Assembly: GCA_950097015.1 (NCBI GenBank) | Contig: CATNEN010000038.1 | Coordinates: 9,548,001 to 9,612,000, forward strand | DNA: 64,000 nucleotides | Direction of reading: 5' to 3' | Origin: Macrostomum hystrix | Lineage: Eukaryota; Animalia; Platyhelminthes | Shown: positions 37,318 to 47,702 of the stretch, in pieces | How positions within the stretch are numbered: the first letter of the stretch is position 1 | Layout of the letters: each line of letters begins with the position of its first letter | Made by a program: the position numbers and the translations under genes | Notes under the pieces: model-generated | What the model saw: the letters and a program-made list of their open reading frames with translations, nothing else | What the model was told of the DNA's origin: nothing | Database searches by the model: none

Positions 37318-38017
37318 TTCAGTTGACAAGAATTCTGACTAGACTCGGTGTAATGAACAAGTCCTACCTATTTATCTGAACCAACAAACATCTTCGGAAA
37401 CGTCTCCGAAGCAGGAGTTCTGCTAGCTAATAGTACTTAGTAGAAGTTGTTTCACAGATCTTCATTAACTTTCTCCATAAAAATATTTGTATTTGGGATT
37501 CCCAAAGTAAAGACAGTCTATTCAGTAGTTTTTTAGTTAGTTCATGCATAACATTTTTTTAGGAGTTGTATGATCAATTTCTTGTCATTCCTGGTTATTT
37601 AATACGACAGTTAAAAAATAGTCGATTGAGTTCTATGCCATTCATAGCTGTATGCCATTTAATTTTTTTATAGAAATCGTTTTTTTATTCGCTTTTTCAT
37701 CTTTAAGGCTGTAGAAACTTTCGAAAATAATCTTACTGAATTACTAATTCTGCAAGGTGATGCCTTCAGTTTGAAAGTAAACGAACTCATGACACTAATT
37801 GGACTTGAGCCTGTTGTCTTCATCTTAGCTTTTATTTTGTTTCATAAATTTTTTTTCGCTTCGAAAGGCTACAGACAGGTGTCCCTTCTGATCCCACAGA
37901 CAGGTGTCCCTTCTGATCCCACAGACAGTTCATAAGTATCTGAAATGCTTTTCAGACAGTCTATTTTACCACTGGGCTACAAAGGCTTGTTATTTTTCCC
38001 AATTGCAGCCAGCGCAA

Positions 38018-39556
38018 ATGTCAGAAGATCAGCTGTCAGCCTCTTCTTCGTCATCTGAGCCGACTGAGCCCTCCTCCGGCTCGGGTGCCGGTGGCAGCGG
38101 CGAGAGCAAAGCCGGCCAAACTGGCAGCGCCAGTCTGAAGCGCCCTCATCCAGACGACGACGCCGCCGCCGACGCTCAAATCGACTGCCTCGATGATGAA
38201 GACGATGATCTGCTGCACATGGACGAACTGTTCGGCGAGCACGACGCCCTCTACGGCTCGTCCTCGGAGACCGAGTGCACCTACAGCCGCGGCTACCTGG
38301 CCAGGCAGCCATTGTACGCCTGCCGCACCTGCCAGACCAGCGGCCCGGCTGCCATCTGCTACGGCTGCGCCAAGCGTTGCCACGATGGTCACGACCTGCT
38401 GGAGCTGTATTCAAAGCGCGGCCTGGCCTGCGACTGCGGCAACGCCAAATTCGATGGCGTAACCGATCCGGCCACTGGCGAGAAATTCTCCTGCCAGCTG
38501 TGCGAATTCAAAACTGTCAACTGGGACAACAAGTACAACCAGAACTTCCAGGGCCTGTACTGCGTCTGTTCCAGGCCCTACCCCGACCCGGAGTGCGTAG
38601 CGGCCACCGAGGAGATGCTCCAGTGCGCCGTGTGCGAAGACTGGTTCCACTCCGGCCACCTTGCTATTCCAGAGAGCCAGAGCCTCCTCATCGAGTCCTA
38701 CGAGGAGCTGGTCTGCCAGCTCTGCGCCGCCAGGCTGCCCTACCTTCGCTGCTATGCCCTGCCTGAGGCTGGCGCCCTGCCTACTGACAAACCGGATGGA
38801 CCGTCTGACATCCCTGCTGGAACATCTGACACCCATGCTGGAACGTCTGACACCCAAGCTGGAACGTCTGACACCCATGCTGGAACGTCTGACACTCTTG
38901 CTGGAACATCTGACACACATGCTGGAACGTCTGACACTCATGCTGGAACATCTGACACACATGCTGGAACGTCTGACACTCATGCTGGAACATCTGACAC
39001 ACATGCTGGAACGTCTGACACTCATGCTGGAACATCTGACACACATGCTGGAACGTCTGACTCCCATACTAAGCCCGCCGATGCCTCTTCAAAGTCGGCC
39101 GTCGCCTGCTCCTTGCCGCCAGTTGTCGATGCAGATCCGACGCCCCGGGCACTCCTCATGCCGACGGGCTGGCGCCGTCGACTCTGTCGCTGCGCTGACT
39201 GCGAGGCCGCCTACTCGCGCGACTGCGTCGCCTTTCTGACTGACCCCGGCGACTCCCTTGTTGAATTCGAGCTGGCCAACCGGCGCTCGGCCGAGGAGCA
39301 GAGCCGGCCAGAGAATGTCCTGCGCAGCCTGGCCAGCGCCGGCGTGCCGCACGTCTCCGTTCAGCTCGTGGCCAGTGCCATCGGCGACTTTCGGCGCGGC
39401 CTGTCGCGCGCCATGGCCAGCGTGCTGGCCGAGAAAAACTGCGCCGACGGCCGGCCGGCTGTCATCACGCGGGCCGACGCCGACCGCATCTTGGCCATAA
39501 TGGGCCCGCTGCTGGCCAAGCGGGCTCGCTTCCAGCCTCCTGACACCTGCCGCTAG
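38018..39556 (+). CDS. UBR7: UBR7-like E3 ubiquitin ligase (UBR-box + atypical PHD; intronless, 512 aa)
   Basis: CTYSRGYLARQPLYACRTC, CHDGHDLLELYSKRGLACDCGN, NKYNQNFQGLYCVCSRPYPDPE, MLQCAVCEDWFH and WRRRLCRC. Acceptor ttgcag at 38008. Confidence 0.92.
   Translation: MSEDQLSASSSSSEPTEPSSGSGAGGSGESKAGQTGSASLKRPHPDDDAAADAQIDCLDDEDDDLLHMDELFGEHDALYGSSSETECTYSRGYLARQPLYACRTCQTSGPAAICYGCAKRCHDGHDLLELYSKRGLACDCGNAKFDGVTDPATGEKFSCQLCEFKTVNWDNKYNQNFQGLYCVCSRPYPDPECVAATEEMLQCAVCEDWFHSGHLAIPESQSLLIESYEELVCQLCAARLPYLRCYALPEAGALPTDKPDGPSDIPAGTSDTHAGTSDTQAGTSDTHAGTSDTLAGTSDTHAGTSDTHAGTSDTHAGTSDTHAGTSDTHAGTSDTHAGTSDTHAGTSDSHTKPADASSKSAVACSLPPVVDADPTPRALLMPTGWRRRLCRCADCEAAYSRDCVAFLTDPGDSLVEFELANRRSAEEQSRPENVLRSLASAGVPHVSVQLVASAIGDFRRGLSRAMASVLAEKNCADGRPAVITRADADRILAIMGPLLAKRARFQPPDTCR
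38803..39067 (+). repeat. In-frame 21-bp coding minisatellite (AGTSDTH)~12 in UBR7
   Basis: Unit GCTGGAACRTCTGACACHCAT within the ORF. Confidence 0.9.
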
Positions 39557-39564
39557 AGGACATG

Positions 39565-39920
39565 CTTGACTGACACCTCCCTGCTTGACCTGACACCTCC
39601 CTACTTGGCCTGACACCTTTCTGCTTGACCTGACAACTCCCTACTTGGCCTGACACCTCCCTACTTGACCTGACACCTTCCTGTTTGACCTGACACTTCC
39701 CTGTTTGACCTGACACCTCCCTGTTTGACCTGACACCTCCCTGCTTGACCTGACACCTCCCTGCTTGACCTGACACCTCCCTACTTGACCTGACACCTCC
39801 CTGCTTGACCTGACACCTCCCTGCTTGACCTGACACCTCCCTACTTGACCTGACACCTCCCTACTTGACCTGACACCTCCCTGCTTGACCTGACACCTCC
39901 CTGCTTGACCTGACACTTCC
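39565..39920 (+). repeat. 20-bp minisatellite GACCTGACACCTCCCTRCTT directly after the UBR7 stop
   Basis: Direct tandem repetition. Confidence 0.95.
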
Positions 39921-40899
39921 AAATTAGATCTGACTCACTTAGACTTTCTAAACCCGCTAATAACGATCAGAATAAGAAGTCCGGGGGCTGTCTGTAGACT
40001 TAATAATTTCCCATTGCTTTTCGTATTGATGTACCCGTGTAAGTTCGTGTTGTAGTCCAATCTGGGGTCACGTGACTATCTTCTTATTAAGGACTTCGGG
40101 CTTTGGCCTAAACAAAATCACACTTTGCTGCTTTACAATGCATTTGGGTGTCTATAATTGCTTTTTGGAATGTCTTGCAACCTTTTATCCCCCTAAAAGT
40201 TACTTTCAGAACCTCCAGAAACTGTAAGCCATAAAAAGTAGTCAGAACAGAAAAATAAACTTATTTTTTCATGGCAAGTGTCATCACTATCACAGTGATA
40301 CTTTATTTCAGTTATATTTCAACTTGACTAGTCAATTCTTAGTTTTCATAGCAAGAAAGCCTTTCGCTATAACACCATCCAGCCTGTAGTGTAGAATAAG
40401 CTAAAAAACTAACAATGCCTTTTTTACTACTTGTAGTAGGTCTGAAGCATGTTTTTGTCTATCGTCAAAAATTAATTTGGCCAAAAAATGATAATTTTCT
40501 ATATTTGTCCACCACCTCTTCATTGTTATTTTTAAGTTAAGGAACTAATTCTTATATATTTGCGCATCGTTTAAAAATTGCTGTTAGCGATTTCATCATT
40601 TTCTATACATATCGGCTAAACTTCAACCAAAAAGTTTTGTGTGAACTTTCGCTTCACTGCCTGAAACACGAAGGCTAGAATGAGCGCTCATTGTGTTACT
40701 TCTTGGCTAATTTTTATTTTTGCAATCGTATATTAAAAAAATTAAACAAGCAAACAACTTTGCTCTGCACTTTTAATTTTTATATCTGCACTTTAACCTG
40801 TATTGATGTCTGTATTATGGTCTGTCTTTTGGCTGAAACATTACGTGACATCTTGATTTAGGGATGCTTGTTAGACAATCAGAACGATGGCCCAGTGAA

Positions 40900-41978
40900 A
40901 CAACATATTCAACTGTCAGACACAACATTCAGCTGTCAGACACAACATTCAGCTGTTAGACACAACATTCAGCTGTCAGACACAACATTCAGCTGTCAGA
41001 CACAACATTCAGCTGTTAGACATAACATTCAGTTGTTAGACACAACATTCAGCTGTCAGACACAACATTCAGCTGTCAGACACAACATTCAGCTGTCAGA
41101 CACAACATTCAGCTGTCAGACACAACATTCAGCTGTCAGACACAACATTCAGCTGTCAGACACAACATTCAGCTGTCAGACACAACATTCAGCTGTCAGA
41201 CACAACATTCAGCTGTCAGACACAACATTCAGCTGTCAGACACAACATTCAGCTGTTAGACCCGACATGCAGCTGTTAGACTCGACATGCAGCTGTTAGA
41301 CTCGACATGCACTGTTAGACTCGACATGCACTGTTAGACTCGACATGCAGCTGTTAGACTCGACATTCAGCTGTCAGACACAACATTCAGCTGTCAGACA
41401 CAACATTCAGCTGTCAGACACAACATTCAGCTGTCAGACACAACATTCAGCTGTCAGACACAACATTCAGCTGTCAGACACAACATTCAGCTGTTAGACC
41501 CGACATGCAGCTGTTAGACTCGACATGCAGCTGTTAGACTCGACATGCACTGTTAGACTCGACATGCACTGTTAGACTCGACATGCAGCTGTTAGACTCG
41601 ACATTCAGCTGTTAGACCCGACATGCACCTGTTAGACTCGACATGCACCTGTTAGACTCGACATGCACCTGTTAGACTCGACATGCAGCTGTTAGACTCG
41701 ACATTCAGCTGTTAGACCCGACATTCAGCTGTTAGACCCGACATGCACCTGTTAGACTCGACATGGAGCTGTTAGACTCGACACGCAGCTGTTAGACCCG
41801 ACATTCAGCTGTTAGACCCGACATGCAGCTGTTAGACTCGACATGCAGCTGTTAGACCCGACATGCAGCTGTTAGACCCGACATGGAGCTGTTAGACTCG
41901 ACATGCAGCTGTTAGACTCGACATTCAGCTGTTAGACTCGACATTCAGCTGTTAGACTCGATATGCAGCTGTTAGACA
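40900..41978 (+). repeat. 20-bp minisatellite with two interleaved variants (CACAACATTCAGCTGTCAGA / CTCGACATGCAGCTGTTAGA)
   Basis: Direct tandem repetition in alternating variant blocks. Confidence 0.95.
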
Positions 41979-42142
41979 GTTCATTGCTAGTGCAGTATTA
42001 TTGTCAGTCAAGTAAGGAAGAATATTAAAGCAATTTTCAAAAACGCTTTAGATAGCAATGAAGCTTTTTAATTAGAATTTATTGTTAAGACGAAGTTGTT
42101 AAGCACAGAACAAGAGCCTGAAGCCCAGCAACAAATTGAGGT

Positions 42143-45100
42143 CTAGCACTTGTACATGGCCTTCAGGATAGCCACATCGCCGTCGGCCATCCGGCTTCGC
42201 TGGCCTATGACAACACCGTCGGGCACAGCGCCTGGCTTCGGCACAATGGTGCGCTGGCCGTTCTTGCTGAAGGCTGTCAGGCCGTAGTGCATCTGGCTGC
42301 CGAAGTCGTAGCGGACATTGTAGGTACCGACCTGGGTGCTGCTCTGCTTGTTGAAGTTGTGCTCGTAGCCTGCGGGTTTGGGTTGAGCTCGAGTAGAGAG
42401 CCGTATTGACGGTTGGGAATATGGGATGGAATGAGATTAGTAGAAGGGATCTGGGAATGGGTAATAGGAAAATAGGGGATGGTATTGAGGGTATAGGAAG
42501 ATGGCATTGTGGGATTGGAAGATGGCATTGTGGGATTGGAAGATGCATTGTGGGATTGGAAGATGGCATTGTGGGATTGGAAGATGGCATTGTGGGATTG
42601 GAAGATGGCATTGTGTGATGGGAAGATGGCATTGTGGGATTGGAAGATGGCATTGTGGGATTGGAAGATGGCATTGTGGGATTGGAAGACGGCATTGTGG
42701 GATTGGAAGATGGCATTGTGTGATGGGATAATGGCATTGTGGTATTGGAAGATGGCATTGTGGGATTGGAAGATGCATTGTGGGATTGGAAGATGGCATT
42801 GTGGGATTGGAAGATGGCATTGTGGGATTGGAAGATGGCATTGTGTGATGGGATAATGGCATTGTGGGATTGGAAGATGGCATTGTGTGATGGGAAGATG
42901 GCATTGTGGGATGGGATTGAGGAATGGGAAAATAGGATTTGGGAATACTCGTAAGACGAGGGATGGGAAGATACAGTGCAGGATTACAGGGTGGGAAAAT
43001 TGGATCAGTGGAAGGAAGATGGGATAAGATTCAAGATTCCTACCTGGGGTGACGTTCTCCAGGGCGATGGACACGTAGTTGTCGCGGTCCGGCCGGCTCT
43101 GCTGGTGGTACACACCTGGGAGTTGTTGTTAGAGTCAGTTAAATTTTAAGAATTTCGTTTTTTTTCTTAGAAATAAGCAGTTCGGCTACAAACCCAGGGT
43201 GTGCTGGAACTCGTGCATGATGTTGCCAACTGAGCAGCCAGTCGACAGGTTCACGTAGGTGATCCGGCCCCAGTAGCCGACGGTGGCAGAGCAGCTGCGG
43301 GATATTTTAATTGACGGGAAGTTTCTTTGAGGACCTGTCAGGGTGGGACAACGTTCTGTAAGATTTGGATGAGACTGTCATCATGGGATAAGGATCTGTC
43401 AGAATAGAATGTCAGGACGGGATGAGGATCTGACAGGGAGGGATGAGGATCTGAGAGGTTGGGATGAGGATCTGACAGGGTGGGATGAGGATCTGACAGG
43501 GTGGGATGAGGATCTGACAGGGTGGGATGAGGATTGGACAGGGTGGGATGAGGATGGACAGGGTGGAATGAGGATCTGACAGGGTGGGATGAGGATCTGA
43601 CAGGGTGGGATGAGGATCTGACAGGTTGGGATGAGGATCTGACAGGGTGGGATCGGGATCGGACAGGGTGGGATGAGGATCGGACGGTGGGACGAGGATT
43701 GGACAGGGTGGGATGAGGATGGACAGGGTGGGATGAGGATCTGACAGGGTGGGATGAGGATCGGACAGGGTGGGATGAGGATCTGACAGGGTGGGATGAG
43801 GATCTGACAGGGTGGGATCGGGATCGGACAGGGTGGGATGAGGATCGGACGGTGGGACGAGGATTGGACAGGGTGGGATGAGGATGGACAGGGTGGGATG
43901 AGGATCTGACAGGGTGGGATGAGGATCTGACAGGGTCAGATGAGGATCTGACAGGGTGGGATGAGGATCTGACAGGGTGGGATGAGGATCTGGCAGATAG
44001 CGTGCTGTTTTGAGGTACTCACCCGCTGCCAGGCCGGATGAGGACATATCGACTGCCATCATTGGAGGTGGCCTCGCGGAACTTGATGCAGTTGCTAGTC
44101 TCCTTGTTCACGTTGGTCATGGCGGTCTGCACCCGGGTGCGGGTCGATTCGGCTGCAATCGGTGGTCCCAGAGGGCTCGGATTGGGTTGGTTCATTCTAA
44201 ATTTCTTAATTTTGTTTTAACTCAAAAAAGCGCGCAAAAAACTTTACTGCCAACTACTCGTAGTAGTATCGTTCAGCTCCTAAATAAATTTGCAGCATAA
44301 ATCCAGCACTCACGCAGGCTGGAGTCAAATTTGTAGACAATGACGCCGCCTGGCCACCTGTTGGCCGTGCTCAGAAGTCCGGAGAAGGCCTATTCAGAAT
44401 GGAGATTAGAGACAGGTGGGATCATTAGGGGACAGTTGGGATTAGTGACCGGTTGGATTAGAGTCTACTGGGATTAGAGACAGTTGGGATTAGAGACAGG
44501 TGGGATTAGAGACAGGTGGGATTAAAGACCGGTGGGATTAGAGACAGGTGGGATTTGAGACAGGTGGGATTAGAGACACGTGGGATTAGAGACAGTTGGG
44601 ATTAGAGACACGTGGGATTAGAGACAGGTGGGATTAGAGACAGGTGGGATTAAAGACCGGTGGTATTAGAGACAGGTGGGATTTGAGACAGGTGGGATTA
44701 GTGACCGGTTGGATTAGAGTCTACTGGGATTAGAGACAGGTGGGATTAGAGACACGTGGGATTAGAGACAGTTGGGATTAGAGACACGTGGGATTAGAGA
44801 CAGGTGGGATTAGAGACAGGTGGGATTAAAGACCGGTGGGATTTGAGACAGGTGGGATTTGAGACAGGTGGGATTAGTGACCGGTTGGATTAGAGTCTAC
44901 TGGGATTAGAGACAGGTGGGATTAGAGACACGTGGGATTAGAGACAGGTGGGATTAGAGACACGTGGGATTAGAGACAGGTGGGATTAGAGACAGTTGGG
45001 ATTAAAGACCGGTGGTATTAGAGACAGGTGGGATTTGAGACAGGTGGGATTAGAGACACGTGGGATTAGAGACAGGTGGGATTAGAGACACGTGGGATTA

Positions 45101-47296
45101 GAGACAGGTGGGATTAGAGACAGGTGGGATTAAAGACCGGTGGTATTAGAGACAGGTGGGATTTTAGACAGGTGGGATTAGTGACCGGTTGGATTAGAGT
45201 CTACTGGGATTAGAGACAGGTGGGATTAGAGACAGGTGGGATTAGAGACAGTTGGGATTAGAGACACGTGGGATTAGAGACAGGTGGGATTAGAGACAGG
45301 TGGGATTAAAGACCGGTGGTATTAGAGACAGGTGGGATTTGAGACAGGTGGGATTAGTGACCGGTTGGATTAGAGTCTACTGGGATTAGAGACAGGTGGG
45401 ATTAGAGACACGTGGGATTAGAGACAGTTGGGATTAGAGACACGTGGGATTAGAGACAGGTGGGATTAGAGACAGGTGGGATTAAAGACCGGTGGGATTA
45501 GAGACAGGTGGGATTTGAGACAGGTGGGATTTGAGACAGGTGGGATTAGTGACCGGTTGGATTAGAGTCTACTGGGATTAGAGACAGGTGGGATTAGAGA
45601 CACGTGGGATTAGAGACAGGTGGGATTAGAGACACGTGGGATTAGAGACAGGTGGGATTAGAGACAGTTGGGATTAAAGACCGGTGGTATTAGAGACAGG
45701 TGGGATTTGAGACAGGTGGGATTAGAGACACGTGGGATTAGAGACAGGTGGGATTAGAGACACGTGGGATTAGAGACAGGTGGGATTAGAGACAGGTGGG
45801 ATTAAAGACCGGTGGTATTAGAGACAGGTGGGATTTGAGACAGGTGGGATTAGTGACCGGTTGGATTAGAGTCTACTGGGATTAGAGACAGGTGGGATTA
45901 GAGACAGGTGGGATTAGAGACAGTTGGGATTAGAGACACGTGGGATTAGAGACAGGTGGGATTAGAGACAGGTGGGATTAAAGACCGGTGGGATTAGAGA
46001 CAGGTGGGATTTGAGACAGGTGGGATTAGTGACCGGTTGGATTAGAGTCTACTGGGATTAGAGACAGGTGGGATTAGAGACAGTCGGGATTAGAGACAGG
46101 TGGGATTTGAGACGGGTGGGATTTGAGACAGATGGGATTAGAGACAGTTGGGATTAGTGACCGGTGAGATTAGAGTCAACTGGGATAAGAGACAGTGAGC
46201 CATTAGAGCCATTAAGAGCCATTAGAGACTAGAGATATGTACAGATAAAAGACACAGTTATGGGAGTCACTCACCCCTTCGAACGGCTCGATCATGTCGC
46301 CTTCGATCTCGCTGCCATACTCCGGAGCAGCCGGGTCCTCAACGAATGGCTGAAAACAAGTCGAAGATTATTTTTACTTCAGTCAGGGTAGAGTCACTTC
46401 TTGTCAGGAGGGAGAGTCGCTTCTTGTCAGGAGGGAGAGTCGCTTCTTGTCAGGAGGGGAGAGTCACTTCTTGTCAGGAGTGGAGGGAGGGGAGGGTAGC
46501 TTCTTGTCAGGAGGGGAGAGAGGGGAGGGTAGCTTCTTGTCAGGAGGGGAGAGTCGCTTCTTGTCAGGAGGGGAGAGAGGGGAGGGTAGCTTCTTGTCAG
46601 GAGGGGAGAGTCGCTTCTTGTCAGGAGGGGAGAGAGGGGAGGGTAGCTTCTTGTCAGGAGAGGAGAGTCGCTTCTTTTCAGGGGTGGAGAGAGGGGAGAG
46701 TCGCTTCTTGTCAGGAGGGGAGAGAGGGGAGGGTAGCTTCTTGTCAGGAGTGGAGGGAGGGGAGAGTCGCTTCTTGTCAGGAGGGGAGAGAGGGGAGGGT
46801 AGCTTCTTGTCAGGAGAGGAGAGTCGCTTCTTTTCAGGGGTGGAGGGAGGGGAGAGTCGCTTCTTGTCAGGAGGGGAGAGAGGGGAGGCTAGCTTCTTGT
46901 CAGGAGTGGAGGGAGGGGAGAGTCGCTTCTTGTCAGGAGGGGAGAGAGGGGAGGGTAGCTTCTTGTCAGGAAAGGAGAGTCGCTTCTTGTCAGGGGTGGA
47001 GGGAGGGGAGGTTAGCTTCTTGTCAGGAGGGGAGAGTCGCTTCTTGTCAGGAGGGGAGAGAGGGGAGGGTAGCTTCTTGTCAGGAGGGGAGAGTCACTTC
47101 TTGTCAGGAGGGGAGAGAGGGGAGGGTAGCTTCTTGTCAGGAGGTGAGGGAGGGGAGAGTTGCTTCTTGTCAGGAGGGGAGAGAGGGGAGGTTAGCTTCT
47201 TGTCAGGAGGTGAGACTCCAAAGTAGGCCAAGCTCGAGTACTTACAGCGGCCAAGGCAGCTCCTAAAAGGACGCACAGCAACAGAATTCGAAGCAT
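42143..47296 (-). CDS. Astacin-family (M12A) zinc metalloprotease, copy A (exons 47296-47246, 46349-46275, 44389-44314, 44152-44023, 43294-43194, 43115-43044, 42369-42143; 243 aa)
   Basis: Signal peptide, pro-peptide EGDM, NRWPGG, HEFQHTLGVYHQQSRPDRD and Met-turn SQMHY. All introns GT-AG with consistent phases. AATAAA on the minus strand at ~42078-42083. Confidence 0.9.
42500..42910 (+). repeat. 21-bp minisatellite GGCATTGTGGGATTGGAAGAT (astacin A intron 6)
   Basis: Direct tandem repetition. Confidence 0.93.
43410..43992 (+). repeat. 21-bp minisatellite CTGACAGGGTGGGATGAGGAT (astacin A intron 4)
   Basis: Direct tandem repetition. Confidence 0.93.
44403..46195 (+). repeat. 16-bp minisatellite GAGACAGGTGGGATTA with higher-order variants (astacin A intron 2)
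   Basis: Direct tandem repetition. Confidence 0.95.
46385..47215 (+). repeat. Compound 24/33-bp minisatellite GCTTCTTGTCAGGAGGGGAGAG.. (astacin A intron 1)
   Basis: Direct tandem repetition. Confidence 0.93.
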
Positions 47297-47702
47297 TTTT
47301 ACTTTTATTGAAAAGTCGTTGAAAATCTTGAGAATGTTATGCGGCCTAAGATTGCCGGCTAGTTTTATAACCTGCTAATCAGGCCAGACTGACGGGCTGG
47401 GGTGACAATGTCAAATAAATGTCAGGTGTCGCGGTCGCACGTTTGAGATTTCGAGTGTAAAATCGTCACATTTTTTCTGCTAATATCGGAGTAAAATCGA
47501 CTTCCCATAATTCGATATTGATTAAGCTGAATTTCCCATAAGTGTTTGTCTGACAAAGCTTATCATTTTATCGCCTGCGTTGACAGCTTGATTGCGGGCT
47601 AGGTAAGCAGCCTGTTGTTTAAATAGCCAGCAATTTTCCACCGCGTTTTACTGGCTAATTCCAAACGGTGGTGAGAAACTGAACTGTTGTGGGCCGTAAA
47701 TA

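Noticed and set aside
36337-37329. 330-aa antisense ORF over TECR
   Set aside because: Codon-aligned shadow ORF expected from high GC3; no recognisable motifs.
46346-47266. 306-aa and 259-aa repetitive ORFs (EGRVASCQ)
   Set aside because: Antisense translation of the astacin A intron 1 minisatellite.
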